A stretch of DNA of 64,000 nt from Octopus vulgaris (GCA_951406725.2 OX597821.1:29512001-29576000), one strand, 5' to 3'. Counted from the stretch's first letter, positions 1 to 13,413 are shown. The notes: a model not told the origin generated them from the sequence alone. Made by a program: numbers and translations.

Positions 1-165
1 GCCACGATCGGTTGGTACTTTTTAAGTGTCACTGGCACGGAGGCCAGTCAGGGCGGCACTGGCAATGGCCACGTTCGGATGGTTCTTTTACGTGCCACCA
101 GCACTGGTATCACAACTACAATTTCCACTGATTTTTGAGCGATTTCGATTTCGATTCCGATTTCA
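1..165 (-). mobile_element. 5' part of monomer-array retroposon (family B), truncated by window edge
   Basis: Reverse complement matches the start of the copy at 61411 (GAAATC repeats, TTGTAG(T/C)TGTGATACCAGTGC, GGTGGCACGTAAAA monomers). Confidence 0.8.
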
Positions 166-210
166 ATATATATATATATATTACTCGAAAACAAATGGAA
201 AGTTTAAAAC

Positions 211-339
211 ATCACTACCTGTGTTTCAATAGAGGGCTTTAATGGTTTACTCCAAAAACAAACAAAGCTCATTATATAATATTAGATAATGTTAAGTAAA
301 TTTGTATTGCTACATAACTACCCTATTTCATCGGGTGAT
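211..339 (-). ncRNA. Candidate type-I hammerhead ribozyme motif in a Penelope-like fragment
   Basis: Minus strand: ATCAC-CCGATGA-AATAG..~90 nt..CTATT-GAAAC-ACAG-GTA-GTGAT; helices I and II pair; U4C core variant; adjacent to (TA)n. Confidence 0.5.
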
Positions 340-379
340 CTTCTGCCAAATATTTTGTTGAAATACCAATCAGACATAC

Positions 380-542
380 ACACATAACAGGCTTCTTTCA
401 GTTTCCATCTACCAAATTCATTCAAAAGTTTTGGTCAGCTTGGAAACTATAGTTGAGGACACTTGTACAAGGTACCATGGATTGGGACTGAACCAAAGCT
501 ATATGATTGTAAAGCAAATGATTTAACCACACAGCCACGCCT
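380..542 (-). mobile_element. tRNA-derived SINE head fragment (family A)
   Basis: Matches head and central domain of the full copies at 10151-10563 and 22503-22913. Confidence 0.75.
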
Positions 543-859
543 GTATTTATATGCGGGAAAGATATCAGCAGATATTTTTCTATAAAAATTTAGGAAGTCA
601 CAGTTTACATTTGTCTTGAGAACGTTCAGTCTTACATTTGAGAACACAAGAGAATTTATACACTAGCACCCTAACCACTATATAGCTCTAAATCGAATAT
701 TCAAGAAATCTTTTGAAGTCAGTTCATTTCATTTTTTTTTTTTATGTATACAGAGAGACTTGGCAAAAGTAAATCACAAAAGGGAGTGGGTAGCTATCTA
801 GCTCTGTGATCACTCAAAAAAAACATTTTTTTTTTCAACAAATTTATTACTATATAACT

Positions 860-1337
860 GAAGATTAGGTTCAGTCCCACTGCAAGTTACTTGGGTTAGT
901 ATCTTCAACAATAGCCCCATGAAGCCAAAGCCTTGTGAATGGGTTTGGTATGATGGACCGTGAAGTCTGGCATAACATAGTAAATTCCATTGTCTCGACC
1001 ACAGTCGAACAATGATGATGATGATTGGTAGATGGAAACTGTATGGAAGCTTGCCATGAGTGTGTATATGTGCGCATATATATATATACATACATATGTA
1101 TAAATATACGTGTGTGTTTGCATGCATGTATTTATGTGTATATGCATGTATTTGTCTCTCCTTGTTTCGGCATAGTGCGATACTGGTAAATGAGTGTCTG
1201 CTATTTCAGAGATGACTTTTGGTTTCAAATTTTCTATGGAAACATGTGCAGCCATAGGGAAATGTCACCTTGCTTCAAATCATGTGGCTTCAGGAATGGC
1301 TTCTCCACAGTGGATGTTAGAATGATGATGATGATGA
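860..1337 (+). mobile_element. Old chimeric SINE (family A head, different 3' body, (GAT)n tail)
   Basis: GGTTCAGTCCCACTG B-box and family A central domain, microsatellite, then degenerate body ending (GAT)n as in 52281-52716. Confidence 0.6.
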
Positions 1338-2551
1338 GATTGGTAGGTAGGTTGTCAGGTAGGCAGATAGGCAGACAGATTCGTATAAACACATATTCAC
1401 AGATGTAAATATATCCACGTTGATCCCACCAATAATGGAACAGGAAACTATGTGTGTGTGTGTGTGTGTGTGAATATATACACATACATGTCATGCATAA
1501 ACAAATATGCATGCATATATATATATCTACATTTACATGCACATACATATACAAGCACACACCTATACACACTCATATACATACACACATACATCAACCT
1601 ATATGTAAAAGCATTCAACCCACTAAATATTCAGAGACAGAAATCTTTTGTTTGCTCGATTTTGTTTCTTGGTTTTTTTTTGTCTTTTTTTCTTTTTTTT
1701 TTTTGTAATTGCATTTTTTTTATTTGTAAAACATCTAGTATGACATGGGTTAGAATGTAACAAAAACAAAAAAAAACATGCTCTATTGCAAACCTACTCA
1801 ACTCATGCCAGCAAAGCAGGGAACAAGAGAGAGATGGGGGTAAGGTTATTAAAGAAAAAAAAAATGCTAACAGGATATTGGAGATGATGATGATAAAACA
1901 GTCTGAAGGAAAATGTCTTAGTAAGAATGATGATTCATAGGCAGTTAATATGGTTTTACTTCCTGGTATTTATTCAATTATATGTATTCAACATGCATTT
2001 CAGGTGACAGGTTTTTCACCTATACCTGAATATAATGGCATGCTTACATTGTTGAGCTTTTGGATCAGTAGATCTTATTTTGAATGTCATGCAAATGCCT
2101 GCTTATTTCGGGGTTTTTTATTTCTTCATTTGAAGAGACAAATGCAAAAGCTGTAGTTCTTTGATGCAACATGATGATATCTTATCTACAGAATCTTCAT
2201 AACTCTGCTATGCTATGCTAGCATTTTCTGACTTTAAACATTTATCATCTTCATCATCATTCTTATATTCCCCTTTACATAAGTCACAGACAATTCATTG
2301 TAGCAGATTTTCCATGGCCAGATGCCCTTCCTGTCACCAACCCTCACTTCCCAAGCATGGTAATATTCTCTTCTGGCCATACATGTTTTCATAGATGACA
2401 GGAAATGAAGGGCATTCCTTGTATGATGATATACATTAATGTACAACTATTGTGTAATATCAACACAAGCAGGCAGAAACATATACAAGCACACATATAC
2501 AAAAATGCATGTGTGTTTCTATATATATATATATGCATATGTGTGTTTGTT

Positions 2552-2920
2552 TCACAACCACGTGGTTCCAGGTTCAGTCCCACTGCATGACACCAAGTAC
2601 AAGTGAATTTCACTATAGCCCTGGGTTGGCCAAAGCTTTGTGAGTGCATTTGATAGATGGAAACTGAAAGAAGCCCATCACATATATGTATATGCATATA
2701 TATATCTATTTGCATGTGTCTTTGTATTTGTGTTTGTCCCACCACCAATGCTTGATAATCAGTATTGATGTGCTTGCACCCCCATAACAAAGCAGTTCAC
2801 CAAATGAGACCGATAGAATAAGTAACAGACTTAAAAAAGTACTGCGATTGATTCACACACTGAACTAAAAATTCAAGGCAGTGACCTAGCATGGCCAGTT
2901 TAATTGCTGAAACAAGTAAA
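2552..2920 (+). mobile_element. tRNA-derived SINE (family A), degenerate
   Basis: B-box GGTTCAGTCCCACTG, GGAAACTGAAAGAAGCC, GAGACCGATAGAATAAGTA, GAAACAAGTAAAA tail. Confidence 0.8.
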
Positions 2921-2964
2921 ATATATATGTGTGTGTGTGCATGCTGGTTATATGTATATATGTA

Positions 2965-3012
<48 letters not shown>

Positions 3013-3019
3013 CATATAC

Positions 3020-3176
3020 AATAGGCTTCTTTCAGTTTCTATCACTCAAATCCACAAAGGGGCATTTATTAGCTTAAGACTATAGTAGGAGACACTTGCT
3101 CTAGGTGCCATGCAGAAAGACTGAACCTAGAACCACATGGTTTGGAAGTGAACTTCTTAACCACACAGCCATGGCT
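3020..3176 (-). mobile_element. SINE family A head fragment
   Basis: Reverse complement of family A head; inverted relative to 2552-2920. Confidence 0.7.
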
Positions 3177-3308
3177 GTGTCTGTTACAGCACTTTATAAA
3201 TTTTATATTTCATTTAATGAGTCAAAGTTAAAGGTAAGTTACATTTTCATAATCCACAATGACTTAAATATCAGTATTTATGTCTAGCTTAAATAGCTTG
3301 AGGATTAA

Positions 3309-3435
3309 GCTTTGTTACCATTTTTCAATTGCTTTTGTCTCGATAAATTTTGAAAATAATGAAGTATTTATCAAATAACTTTAAATTTATGATGCCAGTG
3401 TTTGGAGAGACTCAGATGAGTTTGTATCAAAATGG
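3309..3435 (-). mobile_element. Internally deleted TTAA MITE (piggyBac-like)
   Basis: TTAA at both ends; ends and interior resemble 14994-15215 and 47308-47517. Confidence 0.5.
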
Positions 3436-4196
3436 TTAAGAAACACCAAGATCATGCTGATCGGGACTCTGGTTTATTATATATTATTATGTTCAGATAA
3501 ATTGATACAAAAATCTATATTTTTTAGTTATATACGCAGTATTAGGCAAATTCTTTTGCACACAACAACGTCTTTGCAAACCGTTGAGGGATCCTCAACA
3601 TAGTTACACTAGAAACCATAGCCAAAACACTATCAAACTACACTGCTCTCATCTTAAACAAATTATATGTAGCCTGAGTTAGACTGCTACTGAAAAGAAT
3701 ATGACAGGATGTTCATGGCTGGAATCCATTTGACTACAGGTCTATTTGATCTAAACTGCAGATCAACAACTGTTTCTGCAGTATTAAGCAACATTCTACA
3801 GGGTATTACGTAGCATTAAGTAAATGAATGATATCATCCCTGCAGCTTTGAAGCTAGTCTGTTGAAAGTAATTTTTCTAGACAAGCCAACTAGCAGCTAT
3901 TCTTCAACTTGATAAAATTAAATCAATGGAAAGAAGAATATCCTCAGCCGAAAATACACTGAAACACTAAAGAGTGCTGCTAGGTTCTTGTTTTCTTTCC
4001 CAAACTCAGAAAAATTACAACTGAGAACATTTTTGTATACATCACCACTAATTTATTTAAATGTGTACCATTGGCTAAATTAAGTTATTACCCTAAACAT
4101 ACCATTACTAATTAAAGTATTAATTAGTTAATTAATTAATGTTAATTAATTAAAGTATTAATTAATTAATTAATGTTAAAATTATTACTTATTCAT

Positions 4197-4622
4197 AGGC
4201 TCAAGCATGGCCATTTAAGAAGCTTGCTACCTAACCACATGGTTCTGGGTTCAGTCCCACTATGTGGCACTTTGGGCAAGTGTCTTCTACTACAGCCTCC
4301 GGCCAATCAAGGCTTTGTGAGTGAAATCAGTAGACAGAACCTGAAAGAATGTCATCATATGCATGTGTGTGTGTGTGTGTGTGTGTATGTGTGTGTGTAT
4401 CTTTGTGGGTATGATATCATGTCTGTGTTTGTCTCCCACCACTGCTTGACATCTGTTGTAGGTGTGTTTACATCCTGGAAACTTAATGCCTCGGCAAAAG
4501 AGACCAGTAGAATAAGTGCTATGCGTAAAAAAATAAGCCCTGGGGTCAATTTGTTTGACTTAAATCCCTCAAGGCAGTGCCCCAGCATAGCCACAATTAA
4601 ATGACCAAAACAAGTAAATGAT
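4197..4622 (+). mobile_element. tRNA-derived SINE (family A), near full length
   Basis: Head, B-box, central domain, internal (TG)n, 3' body and tail all align with other family A copies. Confidence 0.85.
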
Positions 4623-6060
4623 AAACATTGAAATTTTAATTTAACAAAACAAAACCATTCATCTACTAGTTTTGGCAGTTTTGCTAGTGATCATTCGCAG
4701 GAGATAGAGCAACAAAGATATGCAAAAGAATAAGAATATATTGGGCAATTATGAGTAAAATTAAACAAAAAGCATCAAAACAAACAAATCAATTGTATCG
4801 CCTGATTTTCTGGGATTTTGTGCATAATTTCACCTCTGGATTACCACAATAAATGTAGTCTCAAACCCTGGATTCATTGGATTTCTTAAAGATATAAATA
4901 TTTACCAAATCACTGTATTTTCTGCTATGTGAACTGTAAAGACAGTAAACATATATTGATTTCTTACATACAAATCACATGGTTGAAGGTTTAGACGAGA
5001 GAAAAGAAGAAATCATTGAAACTATTGAGCAACTTTCCACACCTTTCATTAGCAATGTAAGTGAAGCAGCTTCATTATAGTCGAAGATTAAAAGACAACT
5101 CAGAATTTTCTAAATGTAAAGTATACTGTGTTATCATAAACCCACTCAATTCACCTATTTCTACACCTAATTTTATCCTGAACAACTGCACAAATCCTTC
5201 CATCTAAGAACTGTGTCCTTCTCCTTCACTCTTAAGAAAGTACACAAGCCGACATTTCAAACTGGAAACTAAATGTTATCTTGATTCCTGATAGGAAGGT
5301 AGTTTAATGTTATACCATTGTTTTCCAATGTTCTAACAGAATTCTTCCCTACAGGCATAAGTTTGCACAAAGTCCTTACCACTCCTAAAAAAAGAATATT
5401 TTGGGGTCATCATTCCAAAATAATAAACATCAGGTTAAACATAAATTAATAATAAAATGTTATTTCAGTAAACCATGCATGTGTATATACTCTGCCCACC
5501 CCCTCACCACCACACACACATGCACATGTAACAGGCTTCCATATAGTTTTGGTCAATCAATTCTCACAATCCATTGGATAGCTCAAAACCAGAGAAGAAA
5601 ACATTTTGTCCAGGGTGCTATGTAATAAGACAGAACTCAAAGCCAACTGTTTATGAATTAAACTCCATATCCACACAGCCATGCTTGCATCTAATTTATT
5701 CATAGTTGGAAATCTCTAATATTCTATAAGTAAAAGCAAAAAATTTAATTATATATACATGGTAATCACCAAAGTAAACAAAGTATCCTAACAGAGAAAT
5801 CCAGATATTTTGACCAAAATCAAATTCTTACTGTAATGAAAATGTATCCCATCCCACCCTCTAACTTGAAAAATGCTAAACTACAGCCATTTCTCACCTG
5901 TACACCCAAACTTAAAAAAGTTCAGTAGCCACTTCACCTGCATGATTCATTGAATACATGGTGCTCGCCTGAATTTGACATTCTCTCTCATAACTGTTGG
6001 ACATAGATATAATAGTCGGTTTAGTGTTTACTAATGTGCCTTCATTCTCACCAACTTTTT

Positions 6061-7814
6061 ATGGCAGGCTCAACAGAATATTGATGAGTATTTGCAATAT
6101 GGTTTTATCAAGAACTCTACAGACCCAAAGCAACCATTTTGTATCATGTGTCATCGATCTTTGTCAAATGAAGCCTTGAAGCCCTCTCAACTCTCTGATC
6201 AGATGAGAAGAAAACACCCAGAAATAGTCAATAAGCCTATCAAATATTTTGAGGGATTGAAAACTAATTTTGAAAATCGGGGTACTGTTAAATCATTGTT
6301 TAAGAAACAGACAAAAATTAATGACGGTGGACGGATTGCTTCCTACAAAATTACAGAAATTATTGCAAAAACATGTAGTGCACATACAGTAGCTGAAAAG
6401 ATTTATTTTGTCTGCAGTAGAAGCAGTAATATCAGAAGTTATGAATCAACAAGATCTTTAATCTATCATTAAAGTTCTATATTTTGAGTAATGATTCTAT
6501 CTGTAGGAGAATTGATGAAATATCAGGTCATATTGAAGACTTACTAATTCAAAGATTGAAAACAACAAATTTTTCTATTCAAATTAACGAAAGCACAGTT
6601 ATTGACAATAAGGCCTTTTTTAATGGGATATGTTTGATATTTTGATAGAAACTGTGCATTACAAGATTTATCAATTGTAAAACGGTTGGAGACAGACACA
6701 ACAGGCACTTCTATATTTTCTGCAGTGAAAGTGTTTTTTAAAGAAAAAGAAATTCCATATTATGAAAATTTAGTTTCATGTGCTACTGATAGTGCAATGT
6801 CTATGGTTGTGAGATACAAAGGATTTATCTCTCATTTAAAAGTTGTGCCCCCAAATTCTAGTAATACACTGTGTGCTACACAGGCATAACCTCACGGCCC
6901 AAAATATAAGCCCTATTCTAAATCAGTCGTTGAACACTGTATTAAAAACACTTTTATAAAAACAATAAACAAAATTAAATGTGATCATCTTTTTTGAAAA
7001 TTTTGTGTCAATGCTGACGAACAATATATAAGACTTCTTTTGCATACCAATGTCTGTTGGCTATCCAAAGGCAACTGCTTGGGAAAGATTTGTAAACTTT
7101 TTAATACAATAGTTGTATTCTTACAAACAGAAGGGTACTCAGACTTAGCCCCCAAAATTCAAGCTCAAAAGAAGAACATACACTATCTTAGTTCGATTTT
7201 TCCATAAGCTGAACAAGGTCTCTCTTCTGCTGCAGGGAACAATGATAACGCTGATATACTGTAAATGGGGGATGAGAGCTTTTGTTGAAAAACTCAATCT
7301 TTTTCAAGTTAATTTAAAACTAAGACATTTTCATATGCTCAGACTAGCAGAAATTGACTTATGGGAAAATGACATAGGTATTTATTGCAACCATCTGTCT
7401 ACCTTAAAAAATGATTTGCCAATTTATTAAACTTCACTATTCAAGCCATGGATGATTGACTCATTCGATTGTGATCCTCACAGTGCACAGGAAAATATCC
7501 TGGATGATGTCATGAAGATGAAATGTAATGATGAACTTCAAATTAAGTTCAAAAAAGAAATTTGTCTGACTTTTGGCTATTAGACACTAAAATCATTATA
7601 CCCACATTTGTGGTCACAAATGTCAAAAATCCTTTTGTGTTTTCTGACATCATATCTTGTCGAAACTTGATTTGCTACTGTCAATCACTTTTTGCGGAAG
7701 TAAAATAACAGATTTAACATGATTTCACATGAAGATATTCATATCTGTTTGAGTAGCATTAAGCATGGCACCGACTTTTCAGCGGAACATCACCATTCTC
7801 AGGGCTCACATTAG
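6061..7814 (+). pseudogene. Decayed hAT transposase, Buster/Charlie (ZBED5/SCAND3-like) type
   Basis: Across frameshifts and stops: EYLQYGF, BED finger PFCIMC..LSNEALKPSQL..KHP, FSIQINEST, SCATDSA, HCVLHRHNL, LLLHTNVCWLSKG, TSYLVET*F, C-terminal QGSH*. Confidence 0.9.
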
Positions 7815-7956
7815 TTAGTTCTTTTCTACATTTAAATTTAGTTTTATTTTAATTAATTTTTCTTTTTCAATTACATGTACAAAATAATTTTAGCGTTGAT
7901 TAGTCGTAATTATAGTATATTGAATATTTGTTATCATTTTAGGGTGTGATGGCTAG

Positions 7957-7984
7957 GAAAAGGTTGATAACCATTGCTCTAGAT
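7957..7984 (+). mobile_element. Right TIR of the hAT element plus target site
   Basis: AAAAGGTTGATAACCATTG (ends 7976) resembles Charlie/Buster TIRs; followed by CTCTAGAT, matching the NTCTAGAN target preference; left TIR not found. Confidence 0.7.
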
Positions 7985-9957
7985 GACCTCTAGATTAGCT
8001 AGAAGTAGCAACCAAAATTAACATGAAAACTGACTCACAGCTAAGCAATAAAAATAAGAGATGAGATGATAATGGTTTGAAATGCCTTTGATCAAAAATC
8101 TTAGTCATTGACTGAGCTGGAGCTAACCATCAATTACAACCACCTTGGATCATCTAGATAGTTACTTTTCCTACTAGAAATAACAGTCAAATTAACCTGA
8201 AGGCTGACTTGGAGCTAAACAACAACAACAACATTGGCATGCCTTTAGTATACATGTACAAATAAACCATCCACCCACTATGGTTGCCATATACATCAGT
8301 ATACTTACTAACACATCCATCCGTTTGCATCTGACTTTTTCCCTGTGTATCTGTCTGTCTCTCTATTTACAGTCAAGAGAGGAGGGTACAGTAGTAATAG
8401 AGTTGAGGGTGGCAACGGTATCAGCAGCAGAGGTGGCACCAACTGTGAAACATTCTAGCAAATGTCATCTACATTGCCAGAACTCATTAACCACAGATTG
8501 CTGCTGTAAGTAAATACTGTCAATGAACGAACAAAGAATGCCCCACCCCTACGTCGACAGGCTTACAAAGATACATTTACAGACATACTGCCACTAGCAC
8601 ATATAAATACAAGAATATACTCACACAAATGCGCAAGAGCATTGAACTACCAGCATACATACAAATGTACGGTGATATGTACACATTCAAAAACACAGGA
8701 ATATTCACATGCATACATATACAAACATACAGCTACTTAAACACATACAAGACTATGCAAATACATACAAATATACAGGATAATACCCACATACACTCAA
8801 ATGTATAGATAGAGTTACCTATTCAGAAACATACACATATGCAGAAATATTCACACATATACATATATAAATATTGTACACCCATGCCTGTGCGTATATA
8901 TCTACTCACAGACATCTGTCCCACGCACTCACACACACTACACACATGATGCAAATTCACAAATTCACACATACAAAACTTCAAACATATATACATTTAC
9001 ATACATACATGCACATGTACACACACACACACAGAAGAAAAAAAACGATAATATTAAAATGAAAACAAAAGTAAAAAACAGATATCTTTGCCATTTATGT
9101 CTTCGCTCCTCAACAGTAAATGAGCAGAAACTACTCAGCTGAGTGAAGATGGAGTGAGGGTTAATAACATGAGTGGGTAATAGATTAAGGAATAGAGAAA
9201 GATTAAAAATGAGTGAGAGAATAAGTGATTGAGAGAAGAGGAGAGAAATAGACAGAGAGAGAGAGGGTGAGACAGACAAGTAAACACACACTCGCAGACA
9301 GACAGGTAAACAGACAGACAGAGTGTGGGTGGAGTGAATGCTGGTAGATGATGGTTTTACCATCTACCAAAACATTCCACAGTGTTTTAGCAAATCAAGC
9401 AATTTCTATGAATGTATTTACAATGAGCTTACAAAACACCAATGATGTCTTAGTTGGCTTGTTTTATCTATTTATTTGGCAGTTTATTTATTTTGAATGA
9501 TTCTGTTTTGCTGCTGTCGCTATACATTTTCTTTCTTTAGCAATCACTAATAAATCTGACACAAAATCAAGAAAAGAATTTTTGCAAGCAATAAAATGTA
9601 AAACATTTTTATAAAGAAAGCTTAAGTTTTAGATATCCCTGAAGAGAAGAATTATCCAGATATATGTTTTCACTAAATTTATTTTAATCTGGCACAGATC
9701 ATTAAAATTACACCACATAATTTTTTTTACTTGATGATGAAGAGAAAAAGATGGAAAATAAATTTTATAGTCGCTATAAAGTTTAACCCTTGGTGGGTTA
9801 AAACAACTAGAGGGAAAGGTAAGGAATAGAAAAATTTATAAATCTGGTATTTCAGGTAAATGGACTGCGAAAGTAAGGTAGTCAGCCACCCCCGTTGACA
9901 GGGGCAAAACCCAGATTAAAAATGACGGATAGATGATGGTGTTGCTCAAGATTTTGC

Positions 9958-10787
9958 TGGCTTTGTAGTTAAGAAATAAGCTTATTAGCTTTGAAACCAC
10001 ATGGTACCAAGTTTGGTCCCACTGTGTAGCCCCGTGGACAAGAATTTTCTAATACAGCTCCAAACTGACCAAAGCCACAAGGGGTTTGGTAGGCATAAGG
10101 TGAATGAAGACCCTGTGTGTGTTTGTTTGTATCTCCTTGCTTTAACATCCTACTCTCTTTTACTCTTTTACTTGTTTAAGTCATTTGACTGTGGCCATGC
10201 TGGAGCACCGCCTTTAGTCGAGCAAATCGACCCTAGGACTTATTCTTTGTAAACCCAGTACTTATTCTATCGGCCTTTTTTGCCGAACCGCTAAGTGACG
10301 GGGACGTAAACACACCAGCATCGGTTGTCAAGCAATGCTAGGGGGACAAACACAGACACACAAACATGTACACACACATACATATATATATACATATATA
10401 CAACAGGCTTCTTTAAGTTTCCGTCTACCAAATCCACTCACAAGGCATTGGTCGGCCCGAGGCTATAGCAGAAGACACTTGCCCAAGATGCCATGCAGTG
10501 GGACTGAATCCGGAACCATGTGGTTGGTAAACAAGCTACTTACCACACAGCCACTCCTGCGCCTACACTAATTATACACAAATGTTGTCATCATGAAATA
10601 ATATTCTTCATTTACAGCCTTCCATGGAAAGACATCAGGCTATTTGGCTGCTTACATTCAAAAGACTGAGAAACAATACCTTGCATGAAAACAGCCAAGA
10701 TTTGATAGCAGAAAGAGCATCTGCCTCGAATAATGTTGTCAGATCTAATACAAGCATAAAAAACCAGGCATGAAAACAATGATGACC
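9958..10787 (+). mobile_element. Old chimeric SINE interrupted by a younger antisense SINE
   Basis: Degenerate head 9958-10150; 3' body resumes at 10564 and ends in ATGATGA. Confidence 0.6.
10151..10563 (-). mobile_element. Full-length young tRNA-derived SINE (family A)
   Basis: Minus strand starts GGCGCAGGAGTGGCTGTGTGG (A-box), B-box-like GGATTCAGTCCC, CpGs retained, (GAGTAAAA)n tail. Confidence 0.92.
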
Positions 10788-11121
10788 ACATGCTCATACA
10801 CATGCATACATACTCAAATGCACAATAGAAGTCCTTACCTAGAGATAAGAGATGAAATTACATTCACATCTTTAATTAGAAATTGGGTACTATACAGAGT
10901 GTTGATGCTTAGCACTGACAGTGGCAACTAAGAGATAGATTTACCCCTGGCTAGGGTGCAAATACATTGCTGGAAATATTTCCTGGTGAACTCAATTCAT
11001 ATATTCCATACGCTAAGTGAAGTGAAGCATGTAGAACAGTGCAAGAAAAAGATAACTTGCCCTGATTTAATTTGTATTTAAGATCAAAGAGTCAATGGAG
11101 AATTAGCTTATGGACATTTTC

Positions 11122-11550
11122 GGATCTTTTCGGTTTGAACAGCAGTTTTTTCTAGTAGTGTCATATGAAATTGTCACTCATAATTATGACCCTAGTATCG
11201 ATCTATTGCATTTCAGTCAGTTTTAGGGTTAGGGTTAGTAAGGGTTAGGGGTGGGGGGAAGGGTATCTTTTTTTCTTCACAAATGTAAATAAACCCAATC
11301 TGTTTCTTAAACGAGGGACATATTCATATGGCACAGAATGTTTTTTTACCTCAATAGACATCAGTGATTGGTTGAAATTGCAGAAATTGAAGAAAAAAAA
11401 CAACAAATATCTTACAAACTATAGAATTTTTTCAATAAAGCCAAGAGAAAAAGATGTTTTATAAACACATTCTACCAGTATACGAAGTTTAAAAGTGTTT
11501 AGTTACGTGGAAATTATTTTAAAAAACTGCCGTTCAAACCGAAAAGATCC
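11122..11550. mobile_element. MITE with 30-bp TIRs, 8-bp TSD and internal TTAGGG repeats (Merlin-like)
   Basis: TIR GGATCTTTTCGGTTTGAAC(A/G)GCAGTTTTTT; perfect TSD ACATTTTC at 11114-11121 and 11551-11558; second copy at 35712. Confidence 0.9.
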
Positions 11551-12656
11551 ACATTTTCTTACTACTACTACCACCAATAGTAGTAGTAGTAGTAGTAGTA
11601 AATTACTTGATGCAGTATCAGGCACTGTCTCTCATGGCTTCTGATCTTAACTGACTAGAAGCGCTATCATGTACATGTTTTGTCATGGTATTAAAAAAGA
11701 TGGGTTACAGCAAATATTCTGCTCAATATCACAGATTTGCTTGTCACTTGCTTGGCCATAGAGAATTCCATTTGTGGCTAACAATAAGTGCATCTCTGAT
11801 CACAAGCTGGAGTAGTGGGGGAACATCTTAGCCATGTGTTGAGAGGGATTCTTTGGGATTTGAATACCCTTGGAAACACTGCTGTTTCATTCATCATTTT
11901 CAAACAACTCTTATTCAGGATTCATTTCAGCAGAATGGGCTACCTGACATGAAGAAAATTCTAACCAGGCCCTACCTGCAAAGTCATGTGCAGTTTATCC
12001 TGAAAGAACATATATATATATATATATAGATATGGCTGTGATGCATGAGCCTGGTGTACCCTTATCAGACTGGTAGCCAGTCATAATGGGTATTTTGGGC
12101 TTCATATATTTGTACCCCAGTGTCACTTAGCTGGCATGTGCTCTTTTCTCACTCAAGAATGATGATGGTGATGATGATGATAATGATGATAATCACCAGT
12201 CACAATACATCAGCAAGACTTCGATAAGAATGCAAAAATTAAAATAAAATGAAAATATATGAAATAACTTTTTTTTAAGTAACCTATATTACAGAATAGT
12301 GAAGATTGTGAACAGTGGTTGGTGAAGGAATACATAGAAAGATAGAGTGACATGGATTGGAAAAGTTAAAAGTGTTTGTCAGATAAAGATAGAAGAAGTC
12401 TTTTAGGAATTCTGATATCAATAATATGAGAAATGGAATTTTGAAACCAAAGTTGTAAAGATCTAATAAAATTAAATAAAAAGGAAAAATTAAAATGTAA
12501 ATAGGAGAAAAAATACATAAAACTATTAAAATTCAATCTTACAGACTTTCTCTAATCAAGCCATATATGTGTAAAGACACATAAATAAGTAAACAGATTT
12601 CTACATAACGATATATACAAATATTATATTCACACACTCACATACATGCTCACAGA

Positions 12657-13378
12657 GTATATATATATATGTATGTATATCTGTGTGTATGTGTGTGTGC
12701 ATATATATATCTCCATACATATATACATACATATAAATGCATATATACACATACATATATACATACATATAAATGCATATATACACATACATATATATAT
12801 ATATACACATATATATTGCTACATATATATATATATATACATACATGTGTATATATATACATACATGTGTATATATATATACATACATGTGTACATATAT
12901 ATACATACATACATATATACATACATATATATATACATATATATACATATACATATATAGATATATATACATATATATACATATATATACATATATATAT
13001 ATACATATATATATGTATATATATATTTACATATATATACATATATATATACATATATATATATATATACATATATATATAGAGATATACAGATACATAA
13101 ATATATATATACATATATATATATACATACATATATACTTACATATATATACACATATATATATATACGCATATATATACATACATATATATATACATAC
13201 ATATATATATACACATACATATATATATATACATATATACATATATATATATACATACATATATATATATACATATATATATATACATACATATATATAT
13301 ATATATATACATATATACATACATATATATATATATATATACATATATACATACATATATATATATATATATACATAT

Positions 13379-13413
<35 letters not shown>

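Noticed and set aside
5380-5384. 5-nt minus-strand microexon pattern (similar ones at 30287-30291 and 63180-63190)
   Set aside because: Not frame-preserving, and such AG..GT pairs are expected by chance in 64 kb of AT-rich DNA.
8373-8505. Plus-strand 133-nt exon-like segment with good acceptor and GTAAGT donor
   Set aside because: No recognisable peptide, no partner exons, and opposite strand to the other candidates; cannot be supported without RNA data.
11223-11258. Telomere or chromosome-fusion relic
   Set aside because: The TTAGGG units are internal to a MITE present twice in the window.
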